A DNA stretch of 61,459 nt, counting the filler, from Sphacelaria rigidula (taxonomy: Eukaryota): assembly GCA_964200075.2 (NCBI GenBank). It is 7 parts of 7 records of this genome, joined end to end, with 100 filler letters (N's around TTAATTAATTAA, not from the genome) between each part and the next. Parts side by side here need not be neighbours in the genome. Positions count along the whole stretch, not along the records: positions 1 to 8,695 come from CAXNAA020010357.1; positions 8,796 to 17,490 come from CAXNAA020010358.1; 5 more parts are not named here. One strand, given 5' to 3'. Positions 1 through 11,104 of this stretch are shown one piece after another. The position numbers and the translations under genes are program-made. Every line of letters begins with the position of its first letter. Position 1 is the stretch's first letter. The notes below the pieces were generated by a model. The model had not been told where the DNA came from. It did no database searches and was given only the letters and a program-made list of their open reading frames with translations.

Positions 1-624
1 ACATATTGTTGGTAGTGTACACAGGCGGCAGTGGCAACAAACATCAAGGCTGCTGCTATTAGTCCGTGAAGTGCGGTACACAGACGATGGTCAAACCCGC
101 TCTTCACACGTGGGCTCCTGCGCTTGATTCGCCCGACGTGAGCTCAGGCGACTTTCATGTATGATCTTGCCCACTACAGTTCGAGAGGTGACGGGTGCCA
201 GCACGTAGCTTGTTATCGATGTACACAGGCTGTAGTGACAGCACATTTTCTCCGATTGTCGTTGGTGTATAGAGGCAATGCATCAATATCCCGCCTGTCC
301 AGTCTCATAGTTTCCGTCTGTTATCTTGTTATTAATGCACACAGGCAGTAGCGACCGCAAACGTGATGGCTGTCTTCGGTGTATCCAAGGCAGTGCATCG
401 AAAATAGAAAATACCGCGCTTGAGGCCCTGGCTTGTGCGCTCGACAGCGTAGACACAACACAGCCGGTTTTGATCAGAGCAAACTGTATGGTTCGTGGTA
501 CTACATGTTGGGAGAATGAATTGCCCCTTGTACACAAGCGCATACAAGAAACCAGCACCACATGGCAGGACGGAAGATACATACACATACCCTTCAAAAC
601 GAAGCTTGTCCCATGTTGCATTGT

Positions 625-1109
625 TCACACATTGTTATCAGTATTCACAGTCAGTTTCCGAAAACATAATTGCTGTCTCCCGACTGTGAAAGGACCAAAG
701 GACCGCAATAAAAATTGGGCGCAGCAGCTTAGCTTATGCGTTGGAACTTCAACACTCTGACATGAAACAGACGCGTCAAACGTTTCGGTGGCCGCGTTGC
801 GCCTTTCGGTGGCCGCCTTGAGTTCTTTTTCAGCCTTCTCCGCGCGTCGAGGCGCCGCCTTGACCTTGCGCGCGGCTGTCAAGGCACAGGATAAGTCTTT
901 ACCGTTTTTTCCCTTGTACTTCGTCCATGCTGCGCGGGAGTCTGCTTTTTTCTTGAGTTTCCAAACACCGCGCTTTTGAGAATTCCGCATTTTTCACGTC
1001 GATAAACACTGCCGCTCCTGAAGCCGCAAGTGCCGATTTTTCGGCTCTGTTTTCCCGGCAACGAGGCAGGGGATTGGACTGTGGTTTGATGCGTGCGCTT
1101 CCCATACAC
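625..1109 (-). pseudogene. Degenerate paralog of the basic/coiled-coil N-terminus of the neighbouring hAT-like transposase
   Basis: Translation across one frameshift in an A-run gives YGKRTHQTTVQS..LP..IGT.G..SVYR..RNSQKRGVWKLKKKADSRAAWTKY. This aligns with the + strand segment from ~1958 (CGKRTQETAVQS..LP..IGTFG..SVFR..ANSKKNGGSWAKKRKERSRQAWATY). Nucleotides 1070-1110 are an inverted match to ~1957-1997. Confidence 0.6.
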
Positions 1110-1957
1110 CGGAACTATTCAGTGTGGCGACAGATTTCCGTACGCGTGCCCAGCACTTTGGAAACCGCTGCACCAAACATAAAATGTTATGAAAAACGCG
1201 TCTCCTGCAGTGTTCTGGGGCTTTTTGGATCCCCTGTGGCGAATGGAGCAAATCTGCTTGTGCTGCTGAATAGGTGTTCTGTTTGTGCTGGGGGCTGTGA
1301 ACTTCCAGAGGCCGCTGTGTGTCCCGTCTCGAGATAACTGCGATTAAAAAAAATACATCTGTCGCATGCTAAACCTGGGTAACTTGGGATGGAGCGTGTG
1401 GCATTTTCGGCAGAGGTTCGGCAGAGGTTCGGCACAGGCCCGACCAGTCTATGACGTCTCCAATACTTCTTCAACATCCGTCCGCATCTTTTTTTTCTTG
1501 TGGGAACCGGATTTTTGGTCGGTAACACCTTCATTTGCCCCCATAACAGTTACGAGTAGGAATGGAGGCCCTAACGACCAAAAATCAGCACAAGGTTTAA
1601 AATAAGAAATAACGCGGGGGAATAATGAACACGTCAGTAGGTGGTCGGACCTGTCCCGAGGCCCTCACGAACAGAACAAACACTTGATCACTTATTCAGT
1701 TGGTTTAGTATGGGAAAGCTGTAGCACTGGAGATCGCGCGGTTCTCGACACAGGAAGCAAGCCGGTCCACGGCACTTGACAGCCCCCCGCACACACACAC
1801 AAGATCTACGGGCCAACAATTGGTATTTTGCTGGCGTCGCGTCAGCCGCACAAAAATCCCTCCCAGAGCAGAAAACACCTTATTTTGGTATATTTAGGTC
1901 ATTTGCGAGTCAGCATCACGCGTGAACGCAACAACTAAACGTTGCGACATAGCTTGG

Positions 1958-3819
1958 GTGTGTGGGAAGCGCACGCAAGAAACCGCAGTCCAATCCCTCA
2001 ATTTGTTGCCGAGTTGTAAGCGGTGCGCGATCGGCACTTTCGGGTTGGGGATCAGTAGCGTATTTCGAGGTCGAAGATAGCAAATTCGAAAAAAAACGGA
2101 GGTAGTTGGGCGAAAAAGAGGAAAGAGAGATCTCGTCAGGCGTGGGCGACATACAGGGAAAGAACGGACAGAGAGATAGCCGATGCCATGACGAGCGGCC
2201 GCCGACAGGCATCGCGTACATGGATCGATCAAGCTGCAGAGAAGATCAAGTCGACCACCGAAGAGGTGGAGGCGGCCAAAGAAGAGCTGGGCGGAAGCCG
2301 GGCGGAGTGTGCCTCGGCGAAGGCATCGCTGATCTTGGCGGAAAAGAAAAATGTTGAGGATGAAGGGAAACTGAAGTTGGCGGAGACGGTCGCGCGTGAA
2401 TCCGAAGTACTTGTTGGCAGAAAAACAGAGAAGAAGCATGGCAGAGTCGGCATTGTGGGCAGAGAGTGAGCGGCATCGTCAGACGGAGGCGAAAGTAGCT
2501 GCTGCTGAGACAGAGCTGGTGTCGTTGAAACAGGAGGTGGCTGGGTTGGAAACTCAAAAAGCTGATATCCTCAAGCAAATGGGCGTGGTCATGGAGTCAA
2601 CCTCCCCGCAGGTAGACTTGGATGTTTATCCTCTTCGTACTCAGATCGTACTGCAGCATAGGAAGATAAGTACCTTGGAAAGGAGCATGAAGGTGGCACA
2701 AGACCGAGCGAAAAAGGAGAGGGATGCCAAGATCAACCTCAAAGCGCAGGTGAGGCATGGGATACTACCGTCGACATAGACAGTCAGTGTTGCACCGTCA
2801 GTAACTACTGTCCTTACACTACCTCCAAGCTGCAGCGGCAGCACAAGCAACACATACCATTTTTTGAAATTTTGACTGGGTTTGTTGTTCACCGAGTGCT
2901 CGATTACATATTATATACACAACACTTCATACATATGTCAATGTCTGTTGTCCACAGCTCACTCTATTATTATATGTAGTACAGACAACTGTAATCAGTC
3001 TGTACAGGCGGTATTTGCTCATATGTCGTGTACGAACCCGGTATTTTGTGACATGATGCGATTTCGCTGTTGACTTTACGCCAGGTGGCCCGGCGCGACG
3101 CGAAGATCGACCGCATACGACGCCATCACGAAGAAGCACTAGCCAACCCCTCAGAATCGGACCCACTGGTTATCGATGAAGGGGGAGGCGACTCTGAGGC
3201 GGAGAAGACCCGCGTTGTTAGGGAGAGGCTGGTCAAAAAGCTAAACCCAACCGGGGAATATGGCGACAGGTGCGCTCGGATGTGCCAACGACTGATGGAA
3301 CAGGGCTTATCGCTCAAGAGTACTGGACCCATGGTCGAAACCGTCCTGGACTTAGCGTTGGATGTGCAAATGAAGGGTGTGGGCATCACGCTGGACAGTA
3401 AAACGGTAAAGCTTCTCGCCCTTGGCATGTCCGAGCTCGATGCAGCAGAGCTCCGAGCGGTCATTTTGGCGGCACCGTTTTTGCTCGTGGCGGCGGATGA
3501 GTCTCTGCGGAACGGGAACAAAACATTTCCCATCTTCGTTTTTTTTTGGCACGAGGAAACCGACTCCCCCTGGTGGGGGCTCTTTCGCGTTTGTAGTATG
3601 AAGGACAAGACGGCCGAAACTCAAGCCTCCCTCTTCTACGACACCATCGTTAATGATTTGAAATACCCTCCTGATAGGGTTTTGTTTGTCCTTAGCGATA
3701 ACACCGCATCTGTGTCTGCTGAGGTGGGGGGGTGCGTTGCTCTACTGCAGAGGAAAGAGGTGAGGACACAACTAGAAAAACCAAACAGCGAGGGAAGGGG
3801 CGGACGCCCGCAACGGTAG
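1958..3819 (+). mobile_element. hAT-like DDE transposase, N-terminal half (coiled-coil region plus first two catalytic Asp), frameshifted, intron 2750-3084
   Basis: ORF 3070-3819 contains FLLVAADES (D1-like), KTAE and VLSDNTASV (D2-like), as in hAT/ZNF862-type RNase H folds. Upstream ORFs 2188-2469 and 2396-2779 are coiled-coil-like. Phase-0 GT..AG intron: gcgcag|gtgagg at 2749 and cgccag|gtg at 3084. Confidence 0.7.
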
Positions 3820-4106
3820 CCCGAAGTGCAGAAGGATGACGAGTACCGGAGACGGAGCCCGGAGCGGAAAGAGAAGGAGGAAAGGATCGTTGATCGGGGT
3901 AGGGATGGGGTTACGGTAAGAGTCGACTGCCTGGGTCCTATTTGTCGGGGTGAGCGGCGCGCAGCATCGGTTTAGTCTGCGATGTTTGTGTCTCGCGAGC
4001 TTTTGTAGACGAATTGGGATCGGAGTACGTACATGCTGGGATTGTTTTCATTCTTCATTTTTCACCAAGCTTTGTTTTTTGACCGCGAGGGTAGGTGCCT
4101 TATTGG

Positions 4107-4236
4107 ATTGGCATCAATTTCACTTGAAAAAAGTGTGCGTGGGGTTCTTGAATTACTGAATTGGCATCAATTTCACTTGAAAAAAGTATGCGTGGGGTAC
4201 TTCACATGATTTATTGGCATGAAAAAGTATGCGGGG
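4107..4236. repeat. Tandem duplication of a 38-bp motif (ATTGGCATCAATTTCACTTGAAAAAAGT-TGCGTGGGG) plus a partial third copy
   Basis: Copies at 4107-4144 and 4160-4197, partial at 4213-4236. The core recurs in reverse (TGATGCCGATT) at ~30060, ~31190, ~52325 and ~61055. Confidence 0.85.
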
Positions 4237-5630
4237 TCCAGATGGAACATTCGCATTGCCCTCCAAGGGTTTAATGCGGCAAGCAAACTGCGACAGCAGT
4301 TTACTCTGTGGCGTCCCAGGAGGTGCCGCTTCGCTGAGTGCGGCTGCGCACCTTAAGCGAAATCGCCTTCCATCAATGATAACCCTTTACCCCTTCAGTC
4401 TCAAACGGCGACTTCACAGACGAAACGAGGCTGTCCTGTGGCAAACGAGTCCAGTACAGAAGCCAACACGTGTACAGCATCATTTATTTATTCGCGGACA
4501 GTCAGTGGCCACGATGGGGGCGGCAGAACCACCACGTTGAGCGTGATTGTCTGAATATACTGGAAAAATTAAGCAAAAAAAACTGGATTCGAATGAACTT
4601 GTGTGTTACACAAAGTGTTGACTTTTCGCAAGCAATCGACCCCCCCCACTCTATATTCCTTCCCCGTGGTACGCCATGTGATACGCTGTTCAAACCCTAG
4701 CAGCGCACGAAGGATGGGTTCGCGATTCATGAGCAAATATCCTTCGTGCAGAGGGCGACTTGATGTATAAAACGGTTTTGCCTGGTGCAAATCGTTCCAG
4801 CATATAATTCCATGCGCGTCAAATTATCGAGTCACGTAGACGAACTTGCCATCACCTGTCAGCTGATGGCCATGATTGATTATCTCACATTAGCTGATTG
4901 CAACAATCCAGCCCGTGGTGGCCATGGCAGCGATGTGTCCCGTCCCTGACTAAAAATTAAGTATATCTTGTAAACATCATGCATACAGAGTCGCCCGCCT
5001 AGGGTATTCGAACACGCGTTGTTTGGCTTTGTGAATTTTTCAATTACGGCGTTCAATGCGTTACGGTCCACGAGGTCGTGCCTTTGGGTGTGGGAGCACG
5101 CTGCGGATAACGTCACGCTTCAACACGGGGAGGCCCGTGCCTGTTACGTCGTAGAAAATGACTTCGCCGTTCATCGGGGGATTTTTCGTATCAGGATCAC
5201 AACGCGCAAAATTCGAAAGTGTCCAAGTGCATTGCAAGCATTCTGATAAACACGCACCTGCTGTTATGATGTTTTCCGATGACTGACTGTAGATGAAAAA
5301 TATAAGTGAGTGAAGAATAGTTTCATCCTCCCGTGTACATGATTGAGTGACGATCTCTCTTTGTTCGATAGTTTATTGCTGCTCCTGACCACGGGCTGGA
5401 TTATCGCGATCAGCTATTGATACAACCCTCATGCGAAAACTCTCACATTAAAATGCAGTTTCATGAACTGGCATCGCAAACTCTGCCACCGACCGGGGGG
5501 GGCGTTGAATCAAAGTCGGATACAAGTGAACATTACAACGACACCAACGAGACTCATGACAACTCACAGTTTATATTGCTACATCACGCTCCTGTTCCAC
5601 CCTTCCACCCGGGGTGCCGTTACGAATAAC

Positions 5631-7750
5631 TCACTTCCTACTTGAGCTTGTGCCTGACGACCTCTCAACCACCTGGGCGTGTCTTGGCTTTTTCAAATTT
5701 TCCAAAGACTTCAAGACGGCCCTCCCATCTACAGGGCGTTTATGTTGTGATCGCTCTAACGGTAGTGTAGCGGACACCTCTTTCCTTACAACCCGTGCCT
5801 TCTGTAACGCTGCGCTTCCAGCATCGCGGATTTGTTGGGGCTTGGCGCCACGCGCTGATATCGTAGCCGACCCGGGAGACTTGTATTGTCCCGTTCGGAC
5901 ACGATCCATCTCATTGGAATCCGACGGGAGCGTGCAGGTGTCATATTTCGAGAAAAATGACTCTACGAGCTGTTGCTGTACAACCCCGATATAAATGCGC
6001 ACACACACCTGTCGGTAGATGAGAGGAAACTCTGGGAGAGTAGGGAAACTCGAGACACCCTTCTCGGCATGTTCACTACGCTCAACTCTTCCCTGCGCGG
6101 AGGACCCGTAGGTTCTAAGCTGAGACCTCAACTCATCGCTCTCGTTGAACACGGTGAACAAACCGAGTATCAACTCGTCCTTCTCCCTCGTCGAATTGGC
6201 ACTGGCCAGACCCTTCTTCAAAGTTATCTGACATTGCCTTTCATACTATGTCCGTGCGGGCTCGGTGAACACTTGAGGCCACAGCACAGATCCGAAAGTT
6301 CTCGCAAACTCTGACCCTACTGCATATTCGTACGATTTCTCACAGCCCGCCCAGGGTCCAAGGAAGAAACCCGGACAGCCCAGCCGCGCCACGCTGAGAG
6401 GCAAATGCTGGTGACGACCCATCCATTTCCCGAATTTCTCCAGGGCAACGGCGAAGAATCCTTTCTCTCCGAAGTTCTCCATGAAGTTCTCGTACTGCAC
6501 AAACGGACGCAGGCAGAGATCATGGACAGCCTGCGTCAAAACCCTCTTGAAACTGCCCTCGTTACAGACAACAATTTGCGGTGAAACCTGCGGAGTTACT
6601 ATGTATGAACGTAAAATCCCACTCCTATTTGCGAGCACGTGGGCGGGACAGAGATGTGGCCGTGTCGTGGCGCCCGACCGCAAGCCGACACAACTATGCC
6701 CCACAGAGATTCGATGAGACACCTGCATGGTCAGTCGTGCAATAGCCGCTCAACCCGAAAACCGCGAGGGCAGTCCATCTGGGCCATGCATCCTTTTCTT
6801 TTCACAAAGTAATGCCGATTCAGCAGGTGACCAACCCTCGCCATCGAAGGGTTCACCGATACAGCTAGTACTCAAAAATATTGCACGAACAGGGCAGGAA
6901 CGAATATCAATGCATCAAAACGGTTCACCACTCAACACTTGTCAAAACGCATAGCACAAAAACAGAACTCACATCTCTTTTCTTTAGATGCTCACGAGCG
7001 AAGGCCAGTTCCTCTCCGAGGTAGACGCTGAGATTCTTTTTCAGCTCCTTCATCCGACGCACGCATTCGAGGGAGAAGTCCGCCACCTCCGCCAAACGCA
7101 TCCCCTCAGGAAGCTGCTTCATCACATCACCGCGCTTGAGAAAAAAAACACCTTTCCCCCTCAACCAGTTGTAGGCCCAGTTCAAAAATTTGTCCCCGAG
7201 CGTCTTGGCGAACTTGACTTGCAGTCTCAACACAGGATCGCTAATCATGAAGGCCCCTTGCACCCAATACTGTTTCAACGGGGTACTGAATAGACGGGAA
7301 GGAGCCCAGTCGGTTAATATCCATTCCACCTCATCCCAGCGCTCGTCGAGGAGCGTCGCCCCCTCCCACATGACCATTCATCTGGTTTCTGCTGGCCGCA
7401 CGAATCTTTTCTTCCACGTTATGCCAAATTGCTTTTTATGAGATTGCAAAATTGGGCGAAATTTGCCGTGGAAGAACCCGATCTCGACATGGTACACCAG
7501 ACTAAGCTCAACAGGCTGACAAGGTGGGAATGGTCCAACTCATGCCATGACCCTTTCTCCATGGGGCCCATTAAGTATTCACTCTCGAGACCCGCCTTCA
7601 CGGAAATATGCAGGACATGCAGGGCGCAGCCAATGCGCACAGCGTGAACCTCTTGCTCATCAACATAATGATCGTCGTTCTCAGCGGTTTCGGCACACGA
7701 TCCGCTGCTGGTCATGGTCCCCAGAGTTTTCGCACACTACGTGAGGCACA
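5631..7750 (-). mobile_element. hAT-like transposase, C-terminal half, frameshifted with at least one intron (~6722-6971)
   Basis: Motifs occur in hAT order across frames: RIGCALHVLHI (CxxH), RFVRPAETRW (TRW motif) and FPLIYRQVC..LVESFFSKY (dimerisation domain with catalytic Glu). Confidence 0.75.
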
Positions 7751-8695
7751 CGTTTCGCTGCAGTTGCGTTGGTGTGTGGCGGCCACGATTGCTACTGTTT
7801 GTGTTCTTCTCTTGTTAGCTTCGTAATGGCGGTAAGCGTGAGGTGGCAGCTCGCGGCGCGCCTCCCGAGTGGTACAGACAGAAGCAGGAGACGAAGTAGT
7901 GTCACCTACTTATCTCAAGCGAGCTATCCGGAGGAACAAAATCGTCTCAAGACCGACCACTCCCAAGCTTGGATAAATGTACTAGAACTATAATACAGCT
8001 CATATGAGCCACATCGTGATTTGTAGGTGACGCGTGTATTCTTCATTGGTATGATTCGCCGCGTTACAGGCCACTTCTGACGCACATGGCGATCAGCTTG
8101 CACTTTCCATGAATATAGTACCCAAAGTCGGCCTCCATTCCTACCCATAACAGTACACACAATAGAAGCGACCACCCGGTTCCGAAAACGTTAGCGTTGC
8201 GTTTGGTACTGCCGTTTTCTTCCGCAAATGGAATGAGAAATCCAGAAGATTCACGAGTTACAAAGGACGATAAAATGGCGCGAGGCCTTCTCAGCCCACG
8301 CGCAATGCCGTCTCCCCATCCAACATTTGGCGAACCCCTGTTCGGCTAACGTTGAAAGACGTACTTGAGGTACTCGAATTAGGGTGGAGTGTTAGAAGTC
8401 GTACCCAAAAAATAAGTGGTAATCGATCCCTGAAACCCTTCCCCCAAAGTGTGTACTTCAAGTACGACTTCTGAAATACCCCGCAATTGAGTATACAGTA
8501 GTCAGCGTCAGAAGTATGCAGAATCCGTAATTTCTTAGTTTCTCAAATATTGTCCAAAATGTTTTTGCTTCCCACCGCCCATCACGGTGGCTGTTGGATG
8601 CAAAAAAATGCGCACCCGGAGATATTTGAATCCTCTTGACAAATGTTGAAAGGAAAATCATCTGCGACCAATCATGAGTGACTTACGGGCTTGAC

Positions 8696-8795
8696 NNNNN
8701 NNNNNNNNNNNNNNNNNNNNNNNNNNNNNNNNNNNNNNNTTAATTAATTAANNNNNNNNNNNNNNNNNNNNNNNNNNNNNNNNNNNNNNNNNNNN
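8696..8795. other. Artificial contig spacer N44-TTAATTAATTAA-N44
   Basis: Identical 100-nt linker containing stop codons in all six frames, repeated six times in the window. Confidence 0.98.
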
Positions 8796-9299
8796 ATCTC
8801 TGGGACTCACTTTCTCGCGGTTTGTAGATACTCCAATGGGGAACTGTTGGGTCGCAGCCAAAACCGGGAATGAAAAGAGAGTGGGGCTCGTAGGGGCTGC
8901 TATTTCAAACGTGTTTCGCCGCTCCCTAAATCAACATAATAAGCTGAGGTCATACCATAAAATCCAAAAGCCGTGCTCCTCAATTCATGCCATGGATGGG
9001 TCACTACCTTTTTTCGAATTCAAATACATGCTCTCCGTAGAACGTCAACCTCAAGGGACAGCCAATTCTGCGCTAATTGAACATGAAAATGTCCATCATT
9101 CAATATCACTTTTGCCCGAGATCATGGCTACGTCCTGCAGTCACATCATATCACACTACCCTCCAATGGGTAAAGCAATCGCAGGAGAATGCGGTGAAAC
9201 GAGGTTGCTTCATCCATACATTCCATTCCCCCACACCACAGAAAAAAGATAAAAAAAACAAAACAAGATACCATTATAGAAAACAATGTGAGACACGTT

Positions 9300-9510
9300 A
9301 AGGGGGGAGTACTGTGACGGGGACTCAGAGGGCGACACGATATATTACGGAAAAAAAAAAAATTCGAAGGGTGTGAAAAAACGCAAGAATCGACAACCCT
9401 CGAAAAAATAGCGCCAGAAGCTACGAAATATCCGGAAATCCAGGACAAATCCGCCAAAAAACAAAGAAACTGAAGCAGCGAAAAAACAAGCCGGTAGTCC
9501 ATCCGCTACA
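9300..9510 (+). mobile_element. Polypurine tract and probable short (~198 bp) 3' LTR of a + strand LTR retrotransposon
   Basis: AAGGGGGGAG (9300-9309) is followed after 3 nt by TGTGACGG (9313). CCGCTACA ending at 9510 is its imperfect inverted terminus (TG...CA). An open frame runs from the contig start to 9252. Confidence 0.55.
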
Positions 9511-11104
9511 AAACCTTGATATAAAGCTTGACTGCTATCATGCGAAGGGGAAATCATGTCTCAATAGACGCCCAGTTCCGCTGTCAGAGTTTGTTAAGCA
9601 GCCCGCCAAGGGGTTTCACAGTGCCGGGGAAGCACAAACGATCGTACACTCCGTTCATCAGTAGAACGCGACGGTGTTGAATGCTCAAGCGGGAAAAGAA
9701 AATCGCTGAGCGAAAGACACCGGAAACCAAAATCAACAAGCAGCTGAAAGGCAACATGGTGCACCAACGTGACGATGAAGGGCGGCCCATCGAATTGAAA
9801 AGGTGCCCGTATCGTCCCACAAAGCGTCAACGAATAACACACAACCGTAGGAGATAAATCCAAGGCGGGTAATCCGATGCGTTCGTGGTGAACCACGGCA
9901 AGTATACAGAAAGTGGAGGCCGATGCGGTGCGTCCTTAGATACATGCCCGTTCAGACGAGAAAATCGAAAGGGTGTGCGTACAAACGAAAGGGTAAACTC
10001 CTGCCGAGCACATCAACGCGATAATTCGCCAGCAATAACCCTTCAACAAAAACGAACCGCCGTACTGATTTCCGAAGCGGCGGATCGGATGTACGACCTC
10101 GAGACTGCGAAAAACAAAACGACTTTTTCTTCTTTTTCTTTTGGCGGACTGCTGTAGCAACGGAACCGAACATAATGCAGGAGAAAGAAATATCCTCGAA
10201 CATGGGACACCTGATACAGCGAGCAACTACACGGAATCTGAGACGGTACTCAAGGAGAGGGCTTGTTGGACATGCAACACATAAACCGGTCATCGAAAGC
10301 CAACGTGAGTCCAACGGTATCAAGCTGTCAAAAACAAAACAAAAATAACACAAAACAAAGAAAAGACTAGGGGGGGAAACGAATAACAGGGTACGCCGTA
10401 AAGACCAGTCCGTTGGAGAGGTTGATGGTGGACGTGGTTGGGCAATCGCACACACCGGGTGTGTGCCCCGGAAAGGGGTTGGTACGGGACGTGCTGAAGA
10501 ATACCAAGGGTGTGCGTCGGCCGCCTCCGAATGCAAACAAAAAGAAAAACCAAAGACAAAAACAAGAAAAACAGGTGGCCACGTAAGGTAGGAAGAAAGG
10601 AAAAACAGGGCAGAACAAAATAAAAATAAAAACAGAAAAAAAAAGAGCAAAAAGCAAAAAACAAAAAACAAAAGCTAACAAAAACAAGGAAAAGAGAACA
10701 AAAGCTTCATACAGGAATAGGCATACGCGGCAACAGTTCAGTACAAAACACAGACATACGCGGCTACTGGGTACTGCCGAGGGAAACGTGGGCAACCGGG
10801 CTCCACGGGGTTCAAGGAAACGAGACCAGGAGAGGACAAGGGGAAGCGGGGGGGAATTCTAAAAAGGACACGACGAGACCAGGGGGACGACGATTGGCGG
10901 TGAGGTAAAACGCAGACAACCGACTCACAACGGTACTTGAGAAAACGACACCAACGACAAGACAAAAACAGGGGGGGTTTAAAGAATGCCAAAAAAAATC
11001 GGAAGGAACGAAATTCGCTATCAAGATTATTTCGTGTCCCACGCCGTGTCGGGGTTGCGCAAGACAGCCGTGTCGATGTCCCCTTTGTCGTGTCGTTGTA
11101 GGCA

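Noticed and set aside
8740..8751. TTAATTAATTAA palindrome recurring every ~8.8 kb
   Set aside because: Always embedded in N44 on both sides; an artificial linker, not a biological periodic signal.
9952..10992. Long Phe/Leu-rich ORFs that look like membrane proteins or env
   Set aside because: They arise from T-rich low-complexity 3' sequence and are open in several frames with no motif.
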